Source: an uncultured Verrucomicrobiae bacterium (GTDB lineage Bacteria > Chlamydiota > Chlamydiia > Chlamydiales > Rhabdochlamydiaceae). Taken from it: 64,000 nucleotides of DNA. Location: positions 192,001-256,000 of the forward strand of contig CAWFUG010000009.1 in assembly GCA_963818965.1 (NCBI GenBank). The letters run 5' to 3'. Below the pieces are notes generated by a model. That model was not told the origin of the DNA, did not search any database, and saw only the letters and a list, made by a program, of their open reading frames with translations. Below are positions 41,264-50,804 of this stretch, one piece after another (position 1 is the first letter of the stretch; each line of letters starts with the position of its first letter). The translations under genes and the position numbers were made by a program.

Positions 41264-41274
41264 TCATTGAGATG

Positions 41275-41343
41275 TACCACAGTCGGCTTGAAACTTCGAA
41301 TTTGGCGCGGCCAAATTCGAAGTTTCAAGCCGACTGTGGTATA
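41275..41343. repeat. Palindromic element (perfect 31-bp IR, CGCGG loop)
   Basis: TACCACAGTCGGCTTGAAACTTCGAATTTGG and its exact reverse complement, ending TATA. Confidence 0.92.
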
Positions 41344-41346
41344 GCG

Positions 41347-42525
41347 TTAGAAATCGAGCTGAGCGGATAGGCTGATTCCTTGGTAGCCCAAATCTCCTGG
41401 CGTTGCAGAGAGTGTGTTAAAATTGGGATTGCCTGTAGGTTGCTGCCATTGGTTCTGGTTCATATACAGATGGTACTCGTAGGCCGCCTTTAGCGTGAGT
41501 CTAGCTCTACTCTCACAGGATCCAGAGCACCATTTGAGTCCCAAATCGAGATCGAAGACGGGTTTTTCTGTGCGGAAGCTATTTGCCAACAACCAGTCGC
41601 GTCCTGCGTTGGCTTCGCCTCCATTATTGAGCAATCCTTTTTCATGGACTTTGAAAAAGCCGAATAGAAGGGAAAAATCGACATCTCCGAAAATACTAAA
41701 TCCCCATTTGAGTTTCCAATCAGTACCTAATCCTGCGAGAAAACCGAATCCCCAAAATTGATTTTTGAGCATTGTGTCATTTGTCAATTCCACTCCTACT
41801 CCAGGGTCGAATCCGAAGACGATAGAACGGAATCTTTGAAAAATAAAGGTGGAGCGGGCGCCGACATGGGGTCTTAGGGTCAAGTGTTCCCCGACGAAAA
41901 ATTCCCGGCCTAACTCCAGATCGACCTGATCCAAATAGACTTTCCAAGAACCCTTTGCAGAGGTCGTAGCGACTCCCAAGAGCCCGCCTCCCGTTGCAGT
42001 GCCCCAGATTTGACTCACATTCGTGGTACCGTGGTCTTTTGCATGGCCTCGAGAGACATTTTTCATGTGTGTGTATTTAAGGCCAATATCCCATCGATCG
42101 TAGGGAATGTTATAACCCGCGCCTATTCTAAAGCCCCAATCCCATCCAAAATCGACATCGAGAATTTTATAGGAAATGGGCGCACGTCCGTTGGCAGGTA
42201 TTGCTCCGAGTGTAGTTTCTTGGGCGTAGTAGAGGTTATCTTCTACAGCTTGCCAAGCAAGCGCTTCTCCCATGACCCAAAGGTTCGTTCCCTCTTTTAC
42301 CATCGGCCTTACAGGAGTATTGATTCCTTCTGAGAACTTTTTTTTAGGATTTGTTTGCGTGGAAGGAGTCGAAGAGGGTGTGTTTTCCTGTTGATAGGCT
42401 AAGTGGTCATCCATCAGGTTTTCGATTTCAAAGGCTTCTTCTAGCTCTTGGTAGTAAGGTGATTCTGTCGCGAAACTGTACATACAGAGTGTTAAAAAAG
42501 CTGATGTTAAATAGGTCTTTTTCAT
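41347..42525 (-). CDS. MOMP/Lpg1974-family pore-forming outer membrane protein
   Basis: Signal peptide; WDWGFRIGAGY, DLELGREF, LRPHVG; terminal GDL..QG...LDF. Confidence 0.85.
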   Translation of the reverse strand: MKKTYLTSAFLTLCMYSFATESPYYQELEEAFEIENLMDDHLAYQQENTPSSTPSTQTNPKKKFSEGINTPVRPMVKEGTNLWVMGEALAWQAVEDNLYYAQETTLGAIPANGRAPISYKILDVDFGWDWGFRIGAGYNIPYDRWDIGLKYTHMKNVSRGHAKDHGTTNVSQIWGTATGGGLLGVATTSAKGSWKVYLDQVDLELGREFFVGEHLTLRPHVGARSTFIFQRFRSIVFGFDPGVGVELTNDTMLKNQFWGFGFLAGLGTDWKLKWGFSIFGDVDFSLLFGFFKVHEKGLLNNGGEANAGRDWLLANSFRTEKPVFDLDLGLKWCSGSCESRARLTLKAAYEYHLYMNQNQWQQPTGNPNFNTLSATPGDLGYQGISLSAQLDF

Positions 42526-42564
42526 GCAATCCTCAAAAAGGGAAACTTTTTTTTCTTTTCCTTG

Positions 42565-42629
42565 TATACCCAAGTGGACTCAAAAGTTGGCGCGGCCCTA
42601 CGGCCAACTTTTGAGTCCACTTGGGTATA
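42565..42629. repeat. Palindromic element (perfect 27-bp IR, TATACCC...GGGTATA ends)
   Basis: TATACCCAAGTGGACTCAAAAGTTGGC and its reverse complement; 11-nt loop containing CCCTACG. Confidence 0.92.
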
Positions 42630-42757
42630 ACTGGTACCCTGAAAAACTGCAAACTGAATTTTTCAATCAAAAGTCACATCTTGGGTATTAATGGGATTAT
42701 TGGTAAGAAGAGAAATAGAACCTATGAAACCTTTTACTTGGGTATAAAGGGGACACG

Positions 42758-45383
42758 ATGCAGACAAAGGAACAGTTGCGGCTTACTGAGAATAAGGGAA
42801 ACGTACCTCCTTGGTACAAGTGGGGACCTTATGTCTCGGAGAGGGCTTGGGGAACCGTGCGGGAGGATTATAGTCCGAATGGAGACGCGTGGGCGTATTT
42901 TCCGTTTGATCGCGCTGCATCTAAGGTCTACCGATGGGGAGAGGATGGGATTGCGGGATGGTGTGATCGGTATCAGGTCCTCGTATTTGCCCCCGCTTTT
43001 TGGAACGGGGAGGATCCGATTTTAAAAGAGCGCCTGTTCGGGTTGGCGTCGACGGAGGGCAATCACGGAGAGGATGTGAAGGAGTATTATTACTACCTCG
43101 ATGGGACACCGACCCATTCTTACATGAAGTATTTGTATAAGTATCCTCAATCGAAATTTCCTTACGAAGAGCTGAAGGTGAAAAATAGTCAACGGGGGAC
43201 TTTTGATTCTGAGTTTGAATTAATCGATACGGGGATTTTTTCTGAGAATCGCTACTTTGATATTTTCATCGAATACGCGAAAGCCTCTGCAGAGGATATC
43301 TGCATCCGGATCGAAGTGTTCAATCGAGGAGATCGAGAATCTAGTTTGCACTTGTTACCGCAACTTTGGTTTCGCAACCAGTGGGCTTGGGGAGATGAGC
43401 GTCAGAAAGAGCCGAAAATCACCCACGTGAAGGGAAGCGGGGTTTGTCTTGTGGCAGATGATGAAGCGATGCCCTCGATGAGTAATCTGCAATTCGATTA
43501 CCACTTGGGAAAGCGGTATCTGTACGGCCCTGCAGAGGGAAAAGCTCTCTTTACGAATAATGAGGATGCTGCTGGTCAGCCGTATTTAAAAGATGCGTTT
43601 CATCGCGCTGTAGTGGGAAAAGAGAAGACTACAAACCCACAAGAGATAGGAACGAAAGCGTGTTTGCACTACACTTTGAATGTCCCGGCAAAGGGCTCTG
43701 TCGTCTTGGAGTTGCGGTTGACGGATCAAGAGATGAAACATCCCTTAGAGGATGTCGCGAAGATCGTGGCGCTACGCAAGCAGGAAGCAGATGAATTTTA
43801 TGCGACGGTGCAGCCTCACAAAGCGACGGAAGAAGAGCGCTCGATTCAACGGATGGCATTTGCGGGGATGCTCTGGAACAAGCAGATCTACCTCTACGAT
43901 GTCAATCAGTGGCTAGAGGGGGATAATACGCGGGCAAAGCCGCCTGCTTCCCGTTTGGGCATCCGGAATGTCCACTGGCGTCACTTGAATTCGATGCGGA
44001 TTTTGTCGATGCCCGATAAGTGGGAATATCCTTGGTTTGCCGCATGGGATCTCGCCTTTCATTGTATTACCATTGGCTTGATCGATATCGAGTTTGCAAA
44101 AGACCAGCTTTGGTTTTTGCTCTTCGATCAATTCCAGCACCCTAATGGGGCGATTCCCGCTTATGAATGGGAGTTCTCCGATCTCAATCCTCCCGTTTTT
44201 GCGTGGGCTGTGTTGCGCCTGTATCAGATGCAGCTGCAGCAGACGGGAAGTGGCGATACGCTCTTTTTGAATAAGTGCTTTTCCAAGCTGCTCATGAACT
44301 TCGCCTGGTGGGTGAATAAAGTGGATAGCTCGGGGAACAACGTGTTCGAAGGGGGATTTTTGGGGCTCGATAACATCACGATCCTCGACCGTTCTAAGCC
44401 CTTTACCGATGGGACTATCCTCAAGCAATCGGATGGAACGGGGTGGATGGCGAAATTTTGTTTGGATCTGATGCGCATGGCGCTCGAGCTGGCTAAGACA
44501 TCGCCAAGCTATGAAGTGATGGCGACTAAATTCTTCCAACACTTCATCTATATCGCCGATGCGATGAAGCGGATGGGGGATAAAAACTACGGCCTATGGA
44601 ACGAAGAAGATCACTTTTTCTACGACGTTCTCGCTTATCCCGATGGAAAAGTCTCTGAATTCCGCGTGCGCTCACTCGTCGGACTCATTCCCCTTTTCGC
44701 TGTCGAAGTTTTGCATGAGGAGGAATTTGCCCGCTTTCCTGAATTTAAAAAGACGTTCGATTGGTTTTTAGAGAACAGACAGGAATTGACGAAGGATGTC
44801 GTCCTCCCCATCGAAAAACACAAGCAAAAGGGTTATATTCTGACACTCGTCGATGAGTCCCACTTGAGAAAGATTTTAAAATACGTGTGGGATCCCGAAG
44901 AATTTCGCTCTCCCTACGGATTGAGGAGTCTCTCGAAATACCATGAGAAGAATCCTTTCCATTACCGCGATCGGAGCGTGCAATATGAACCCGCAGAATC
45001 TTTGGACCGACTCAAAGGGGGCAACTCCAACTGGCGCGGACCCATTTGGACTGTTCCGACCTATCTGCTCACGATTTCATTGAAGAAATTCGGTGAGGCG
45101 TTTGATGGGGATTTTGGGCATCGCAGTGGATAAACAGCATCCGATTGGACTCAATGCCATGGCACAATCGTTTGCAGAGAGCATCATCGCCATTTTCAAG
45201 CGCGATAAAAGGGGGATTCGCCCCGTCTTTGGAGAGAACTTCCCCTTTACCAACGATCCTAACTGGGATGATTACTTTCTCTTCTACGAGTATTTCCACG
45301 GGGACACAGGCAAGGGCCTCGGCGCTTCCCATCAAACAGGCTGGACCGGCCTCGTTGCCAATTTCATCCAGGAGTATCGGTAG
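42758..45383 (+). CDS. GH63/MGH1-like glucosidase with an apparent +1 frameshift near 45107-45115
   Basis: WGPYVSERAWGTVREDYS and MPDKWEYPWFAAWDLAFH; C-terminal FYEYFHGDTGKGLGASHQTGWT lies in the next frame (45093-45383). Confidence 0.85.
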
Positions 45384-45463
45384 AGTGGGAGCTATTGCAA
45401 TATAAGCAAAAATCGCTTATACCCGAACGCCTTCGTGCGGCGTTGTTGCATAAAGGGAAGATA

Positions 45464-45539
45464 ATAACCACAGAGAGCACAGAGGACACAGAGAGAAAAA
45501 CAAAAAAAATGCCCCTCTCTGTGGTCTCTGTGGTATATA
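45464..45539. repeat. CACAGAG-periodic inverted repeat hairpin
   Basis: ACCACAGAGAGCACAGAGGACACAGAG ... CTCTGTGGTCTCTGTGGT. Confidence 0.7.
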
Positions 45540-45948
45540 GTGCTTCCAGTTCCAAAGGCACCCAACCTCATTTGAATCAAGGGTTAATATTAATTCAATA
45601 TTAATCTTTATTCGAATTTAGACTTTCATTTTGTACGATTATGGAAGGTATATAATCCCAACCTGGTCAAGTTAATCTACAGGTGTCTATAACAGTCATC
45701 AATTGTATGTAACCTTATATGCAGATAGAACCGTCCAGGACTACCTCGAAAAAATCTCCAACATGTATCGAAATACTGATTGTATAGCGTCATGTCTCTA
45801 CAAACCTTCCACAAGCGCTCTATTGGGTATTAAATTCGGGGAGTAAGGCGGTAGGTAATGCAATCTCGATTCGAGACCCCTTCAAACAATCGTGAAGTAA
45901 GGAGATGTTCTCGCTGAGGCTTGTTGAAGATTTTCTACGAGTTTTTAT

Positions 45949-46878
45949 TTGGAACTATTCCAACGTGCAGAGAACGAGTACTCTGAAACGAAAATGAATG
46001 CATTGGACTATGCCATTTATCATATGAGAGATTTTGAAGAGCTCCACATAGACGTGATCGAGGAATTATTCAGAAAAGGCATCCAAGTTACGGATATGAG
46101 TGGATCCACGCCATTCGAGCATTTAAAAAAATGGAAAAGTTTATGTCCGGACCCTTTGTTAACACTATTCACAGGCAATATTAACTCATGTGGACAGGAG
46201 GTAGAATTAAGTGAAAACGAAGAAGGGGAAGTGAGCTTAGGAATTGATGTATGGATGAACGTAAAAAAAGGCATAAAACTGTACGACGGTCCTAATTTCA
46301 AACTGCAGCGTCTCTCTGAATATGCTCAAGTGGAAAGAAAATATGTACCTGATTCTTCTTCTTTTTTGACGTTCAAAGAATTTAAAAAAGAGCTTTACAT
46401 GCTTGAAAGTCTATTTAAGTGCGTTAAGTTCACCGCCCTGAAAGATACAATCTGTATCTTTGGAATGAAGTCTTATAAAACAGAAGACCCCAAAGGTAAT
46501 GAACTTTCTTCTGAGAGTGAGGATGCCAGCGCATCTTCTGAAATAGAAGACCCCAAAGGTAATGAACCCTCTTCTGAGAGTGAGGATATCAGCGCATCTT
46601 CTGATGAGAAAGAATCGTATGATATAGCAGCGGATTCTCAGGGAAGATCGATCATTTTAGGTCTTTTCCACGATACAATTTCCCTCTACAATGAAGCATT
46701 TACTGTTTTAGTCAGAGAAGGAACATTTGACGCCTGTTTTACCCAAAAGAAAATTAAGAAGTACACGGCTCTGTTAGATCAGATCACAAAAATATTTCCG
46801 ATCGATTCTGCCCAACTCGATGCCGCTTTTCAAGATGAAATCCGCGCAGGGGTCGATGCTGCTTTCGGAAAAGTTTAA
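45949..46878 (+). CDS. Acidic hypothetical protein with internal 21-aa duplication (start uncertain)
   Basis: 309-aa ORF; weak ankyrin-like N-terminus. Confidence 0.55.
   Translation: MELFQRAENEYSETKMNALDYAIYHMRDFEELHIDVIEELFRKGIQVTDMSGSTPFEHLKKWKSLCPDPLLTLFTGNINSCGQEVELSENEEGEVSLGIDVWMNVKKGIKLYDGPNFKLQRLSEYAQVERKYVPDSSSFLTFKEFKKELYMLESLFKCVKFTALKDTICIFGMKSYKTEDPKGNELSSESEDASASSEIEDPKGNEPSSESEDISASSDEKESYDIAADSQGRSIILGLFHDTISLYNEAFTVLVREGTFDACFTQKKIKKYTALLDQITKIFPIDSAQLDAAFQDEIRAGVDAAFGKV
46482..46604 (+). repeat. 63-bp tandem duplication in CDS
   Basis: EDPKGNE.SSESED.SASS encoded twice, starting at 46482 and 46545. Confidence 0.9.
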
Positions 46879-46903
46879 AAAGCACACCCAAATTCACTTC
46901 AAC

Positions 46904-47776
46904 TCACTTGGGCTCACTCGGCTTCTGCTGCACCACGGTCAAGATGCCGCCGAGGGTCACTAGGGCGATTCCAATCCAGCCCCAACTATCGGGGACGACA
47001 CCCCAGAATTGCCACTGGATGAGCCCCGAAAAGACGATCACGGAATAATTGAACGGTCCTAAGAGAGTGGGGCTTGCGTACTGATAAGCCTGTGCGATGG
47101 CGAGCTGAATCCATCCCAGCAGAAATCCCATGGCGATTAGGAGCAGCCATTGCGTCTGATTGAGTGGGATCCATTGAATGATCATCAGAGGAAGCGTGAA
47201 GAGCGATGCGATGAAAAAGTAATAGAAGAGGATGCTCAGCACTGGCTCTGTTTGTTTCAAATTTCTGACGGCCTGAAGGGCGATGGCGGAGAATAGGCTC
47301 GCTAGCAATGCAATAAAGTCCATTGAATTTTTCAGTAAACCCTCTGAAGGGTTGAGGATAAAAAAGACCCCGATAAACCCCAAGATGAGACTTGCCCAAA
47401 CCGTGAGCGAGACCTTTTCTTTTACCCAAAAGATGGCCACAAGGGGAAGGAAGAGGGGGGCTGAGTTACCGAGTAAGTTTGCATTGATGAGTGAGATGTA
47501 TTTGATCGCGATAAAAAAGCAAGCGTAAGAGAGAAGGCCTGTAATCGCTCGAAACAGATGAAGGGGCAAGCGGTTTGTGCGCAATGTTGTGATTTGCCGC
47601 ATCAAAATAAAAGGGACTAAAAGCAACAGTGCGACCAAATTTTGCGAAAAGAGAACGATGCCGATCGGCACTGTTTGCATGACGACTTTACCGATCGCAC
47701 TCAGGATCGATGAAAAGAAAAATGCCAGGAGGATGAGAGAGATCCCGAGGAGATGTCTTCGCGATATCATGAGCAT
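46904..47776 (-). CDS. EamA/DMT family transporter
   Basis: About 10 TM segments; AYQYASPTLLGPFNY; AGGGAGG RBS. Confidence 0.88.
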   Translation of the reverse strand: MLMISRRHLLGISLILLAFFFSSILSAIGKVVMQTVPIGIVLFSQNLVALLLLVPFILMRQITTLRTNRLPLHLFRAITGLLSYACFFIAIKYISLINANLLGNSAPLFLPLVAIFWVKEKVSLTVWASLILGFIGVFFILNPSEGLLKNSMDFIALLASLFSAIALQAVRNLKQTEPVLSILFYYFFIASLFTLPLMIIQWIPLNQTQWLLLIAMGFLLGWIQLAIAQAYQYASPTLLGPFNYSVIVFSGLIQWQFWGVVPDSWGWIGIALVTLGGILTVVQQKPSEPK

Positions 47777-47855
47777 GGGAGCCTCCCTTTTTTGATCATA
47801 AGGATGCATACTCATTTTTGCAAGATTGGACCCAGTGCCCACAACCCGCAACGTT

Positions 47856-48031
47856 TATAGTGAACTCAAAAATTGGCCGTAGGGCCGCTTGATAAGCTCC
47901 CGCGATTGAGTTGCCAAAGAGGCGTGTTGTCTTATTACCCCGCGCGCTTGAGGATGGTGCATTCGAGCCTTTGATCAGCCCCCGCAGTTCGACGCGCTCA
48001 AATGCACCATCCTCAAGCACGTGGGGTATAA
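47856..48031. repeat. Composite palindromic element: left-arm fragment plus complete 33-bp-IR element
   Basis: 47856-47907 matches the 42565 arm and the 28501 core; IR at 47936-47968/47996-48028 ending GGGGTATAA. Confidence 0.88.
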
Positions 48032-48037
48032 ATGCCC

Positions 48038-48066
48038 TTGACGATTAGTCGTTTACGCGATAGGAT
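48038..48066 (+). promoter_or_regulatory. Putative sigma70/66 promoter
   Basis: TTGACG-N17-TAGGAT ahead of the methyltransferase gene. Confidence 0.55.
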
Positions 48067-48093
48067 TCGCCAAACGAACCTTAAGGAAATCTT

Positions 48094-48807
48094 ATGAAAA
48101 GACTCGCGCACATCTCCCTTTTGCTGACACTGTTTTGTTCTCTGCATGCCAACTACAACGAGAAAGAGTACCATCATCTCAATGAAATAGCCTTAAAGGC
48201 GGGAGCGGACAAAGGATCGAGCTTCCACAATTACACAGAATGTTACTCACAGTACTTCGCTCCTCTTAGGGACAAGCCGATTAAATTTCTAGAAATCGGC
48301 ATCTATCAAGGCTCTAGTGTAAAAATGTGGGAAGAGTATTTTCCCACCGCAGACCTGCATTTTATCGACATTACCTTTGACAATGTGCAGTATCGTTCCG
48401 ATAGATCTCGGTATTACCTATGCGATCAGAACAACTCTGCACAGCTCCTCGATTTCATTCAGTCTAGCGGAGGCAATTTCGATGTCATCTTGGACGATGG
48501 GGGGCATACGATGAGCCAGCAAATTACGAGCTTTTGCACCCTGTTTCCGCATGTAAAGAGCGGCGGGATGTATATCATCGAAGATTTGCACACTTCTTAC
48601 TGGAGCTTATTTGGAGGAGGGGGAACCGATTCTACGATTCATTTCCTGAAATCTCTGATTGACGAGGTGAACTATGTCGGAGCTAAGACATCTCGAGCAA
48701 GCCACCGCGACCTTCCCTCTTCTCTTTTGGATGAATTGAACCTCTATCAAAAGCAGATCTATTCGATCCACTTCTACGACAGCGTAGCAATAATCATTAA
48801 AAGGTAA
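48094..48807 (+). CDS. Class I SAM-dependent (sugar O-)methyltransferase with signal peptide
   Basis: LEIGI..G.S.KMWEEYFP, FDVILDDGGH, GGMYIIEDLHTSYW. Confidence 0.85.
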   Translation: MKRLAHISLLLTLFCSLHANYNEKEYHHLNEIALKAGADKGSSFHNYTECYSQYFAPLRDKPIKFLEIGIYQGSSVKMWEEYFPTADLHFIDITFDNVQYRSDRSRYYLCDQNNSAQLLDFIQSSGGNFDVILDDGGHTMSQQITSFCTLFPHVKSGGMYIIEDLHTSYWSLFGGGGTDSTIHFLKSLIDEVNYVGAKTSRASHRDLPSSLLDELNLYQKQIYSIHFYDSVAIIIKR

Positions 48808-48823
48808 CGCATACCCGTAGCGC

Positions 48824-48951
48824 GCCCGAGTGCATATACCGCTTCCACCTTAATCGTACCCAAGAAAACCGAATGAAAAGTTCTCAATTTGAGGCTTTTA
48901 ATCGGTTTGCTTGTGGTTACGATTGAGGTGGAAGGGGATATATACTCGGGC
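48824..48951. repeat. Long imperfect hairpin between convergent genes
   Basis: About 60-bp arms GCCCGAGT..CTTCCACC..AATCGTA..AAACCGA paired with the distal arm. Confidence 0.75.
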
Positions 48952-50685
48952 TTATTTCTTGAGGAATGCGCGGACTTTGGCGAGAGGGAGTGTATTGAAG
49001 ACATTTTCCTTTTGGAGCCAGCCTTTGCGGGCGCTATTGATTCCTGCGGCGCAGTAGCGTAGATCTGTGGTGGAGTGTGCATCGGGATTGATGCAGCACT
49101 TGAGCCCTTTTTCTGCGGCGCGGATCCACAGGCGCCAATCCATATCAAGGCGCATGGGGTGGGCGTTGAGTTCCATGATTTTTCCGTTGGCGATACAGGC
49201 ATCGATCACTTTCGCGGCATTGAGAGCATAAGGCTCTCGCTTGAGGAGCAGTCTTCCTGTCAGGTGCCCTAGCATCGTCGCATAGGGGTTTTCGATCGCT
49301 TTGATGAGGCGTTTGGTCATCGCCTTTTCTTCCATGCGAAAGGAGCGATGCACGGAGACGATCGCAAAATCGAGTTGCTTTAAGAGAGAATCGGGAAAGT
49401 CGAGTTTTCCATCCGTCAAAATATCGCACTCCAGTCCTGAAAAGATATAAGGGGAGAACTTTTTCGATCGGTTGAGTTGTTGGATCTGGTGGATCTGTTT
49501 GAGGAGCTGCTCCTCATTCATGCCATTGGCTTGGAAACTACTCTGGGAATGGTCGGAGATGCCGATGTACTTCCAATGTAACTTTTCTGCAGCCGCCACC
49601 ATTTCTTCAAGGGTATTGTGGCCATCAGAGGCAGTCGTGTGGCAATGAAAGGCTCCCGTGAGATCCTTTTCTTCAATGAGATGGGGGAGCTTTCCCTTGC
49701 GAGCTGCTTCAATCTCCCCGCGGTCTTCTCGCAATTCAGGAGGGATGAACTCTAGGCCTAGGAAATGGTAGATATCTTCCTCTGTGGGGTTCTTTTTCTT
49801 TAAAGGTGTCTTTTTATGAGCCTTGTCTAGAGGCTCGAGACCATATTCACTCAGGCTCCATCCCTTTGCATTGGCCAATTGCCGAACGCGGATGTTGTGT
49901 TCTTTAGAACCTGTGAAATACAGGAACGCGTAGCCAAATTCTGCTTCAGAGATGACGCGAAGATCAGCTTGTAGCCCTTGCTTGAGACGTACCGTCGCTT
50001 TTGTCGGACCCTTGGCGGTAACTTTTGACACCCAAGGCTGTTGAGTGAACCAATCGATCACTTCGCGCGCTTTAGAAGAAGCCACGAGGATATCCAGATC
50101 TCCGATCGTTTCCAATCTGCGCCGAAAGCTACCGGCGATTTCCACTTTCTTCACGGCTTTGAGGGAAGAAAAAGCTTTGAGGAGGGTGTCGACTAAAGGG
50201 ACGGCATCCCACCAGAGCATTCTCTTGGCGTAGGTTTTGATCTTTGCGAGGTTGTCCAAGATGCTCTTTTGCGTCTTTGCCCCAAAGCCGGAAAGTGTTG
50301 CGATTTTTCCTCTAACGGCCGCTTTTTTTAAATCTTGGACCGTCTTGATTTTTAATTTTTCGCGCAGGAGTTTGACTTTTTTCGCCCCCAGTCCCGGAAC
50401 TTCGAGAAGCTTGAGCACTCCTGCGGGGATTGTCTTTTTTAATTTTGTATAGGCGGGGAGTTTGCCTGTACGGAACAGCGTTTCGATCTTTTCTGCCATA
50501 TGAGATCCGATCCCAGGGATTTCTTCGAGCCGTTCCTCTGCGACGAGGCGTTCGAGATTTTCTTCCAGGTTTTCAAGGGCGCGCGCGGCGTTATGGTAGG
50601 CGCGCACTTTGAAGGGGTTCTCTCCTTCCAAATTTAGCAGAGTCCCCATCTCGTCTAGAATATGTGCAATTGTATGTTTATCCAT
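48952..50685 (-). CDS. polX: DNA polymerase X / PHP phosphoesterase
   Basis: GENPFKVRAY, AGSFRR..ETIGDLD, YFTGSKEHN; PHP motifs HCHT, DHS and DAH. Confidence 0.93.
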   Translation of the reverse strand: MDKHTIAHILDEMGTLLNLEGENPFKVRAYHNAARALENLEENLERLVAEERLEEIPGIGSHMAEKIETLFRTGKLPAYTKLKKTIPAGVLKLLEVPGLGAKKVKLLREKLKIKTVQDLKKAAVRGKIATLSGFGAKTQKSILDNLAKIKTYAKRMLWWDAVPLVDTLLKAFSSLKAVKKVEIAGSFRRRLETIGDLDILVASSKAREVIDWFTQQPWVSKVTAKGPTKATVRLKQGLQADLRVISEAEFGYAFLYFTGSKEHNIRVRQLANAKGWSLSEYGLEPLDKAHKKTPLKKKNPTEEDIYHFLGLEFIPPELREDRGEIEAARKGKLPHLIEEKDLTGAFHCHTTASDGHNTLEEMVAAAEKLHWKYIGISDHSQSSFQANGMNEEQLLKQIHQIQQLNRSKKFSPYIFSGLECDILTDGKLDFPDSLLKQLDFAIVSVHRSFRMEEKAMTKRLIKAIENPYATMLGHLTGRLLLKREPYALNAAKVIDACIANGKIMELNAHPMRLDMDWRLWIRAAEKGLKCCINPDAHSTTDLRYCAAGINSARKGWLQKENVFNTLPLAKVRAFLKK

Positions 50686-50697
50686 AAATAGGGTTGA

Positions 50698-50741
50698 TAC
50701 CACATTCGGCTATACCTAAGTGAGCTCAAAAGTTGGGTATA
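50698..50741. repeat. Nested remnants of two element subtypes
   Basis: TACCACATTCGGCT (41275-type end) abutting TATACCTAAGTGAGCTCAAAAGTTGGGTATA (internally deleted 42565-type). Confidence 0.7.
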
Positions 50742-50804
50742 TAATCATCGGTTGAAAAAAAAGATCTGGAGGAATAGATTTTCTTGAATAAAGGAGAAAT
50801 GGGA

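Noticed and set aside
28316..45115. Three +1 frameshifts (G5 at 28316, T4 at 30571, G4/T4 at 45107-45115) as programmed frameshifting or phase variation
   Set aside because: All are single extra bases in short homopolymers of otherwise intact, unrelated genes; assembly error is the simpler explanation until reads are checked.
45364..45604. Short ORFs such as TTESTEDTE
   Set aside because: Translations of the CACAGAG repeat hairpin.
41231..48031. Palindromic repeats as a CRISPR array or integron attC sites
   Set aside because: Dispersed, of variable length, no regular spacers, no cas or integrase gene, and no GTTRRRY/RYYYAAC ends.
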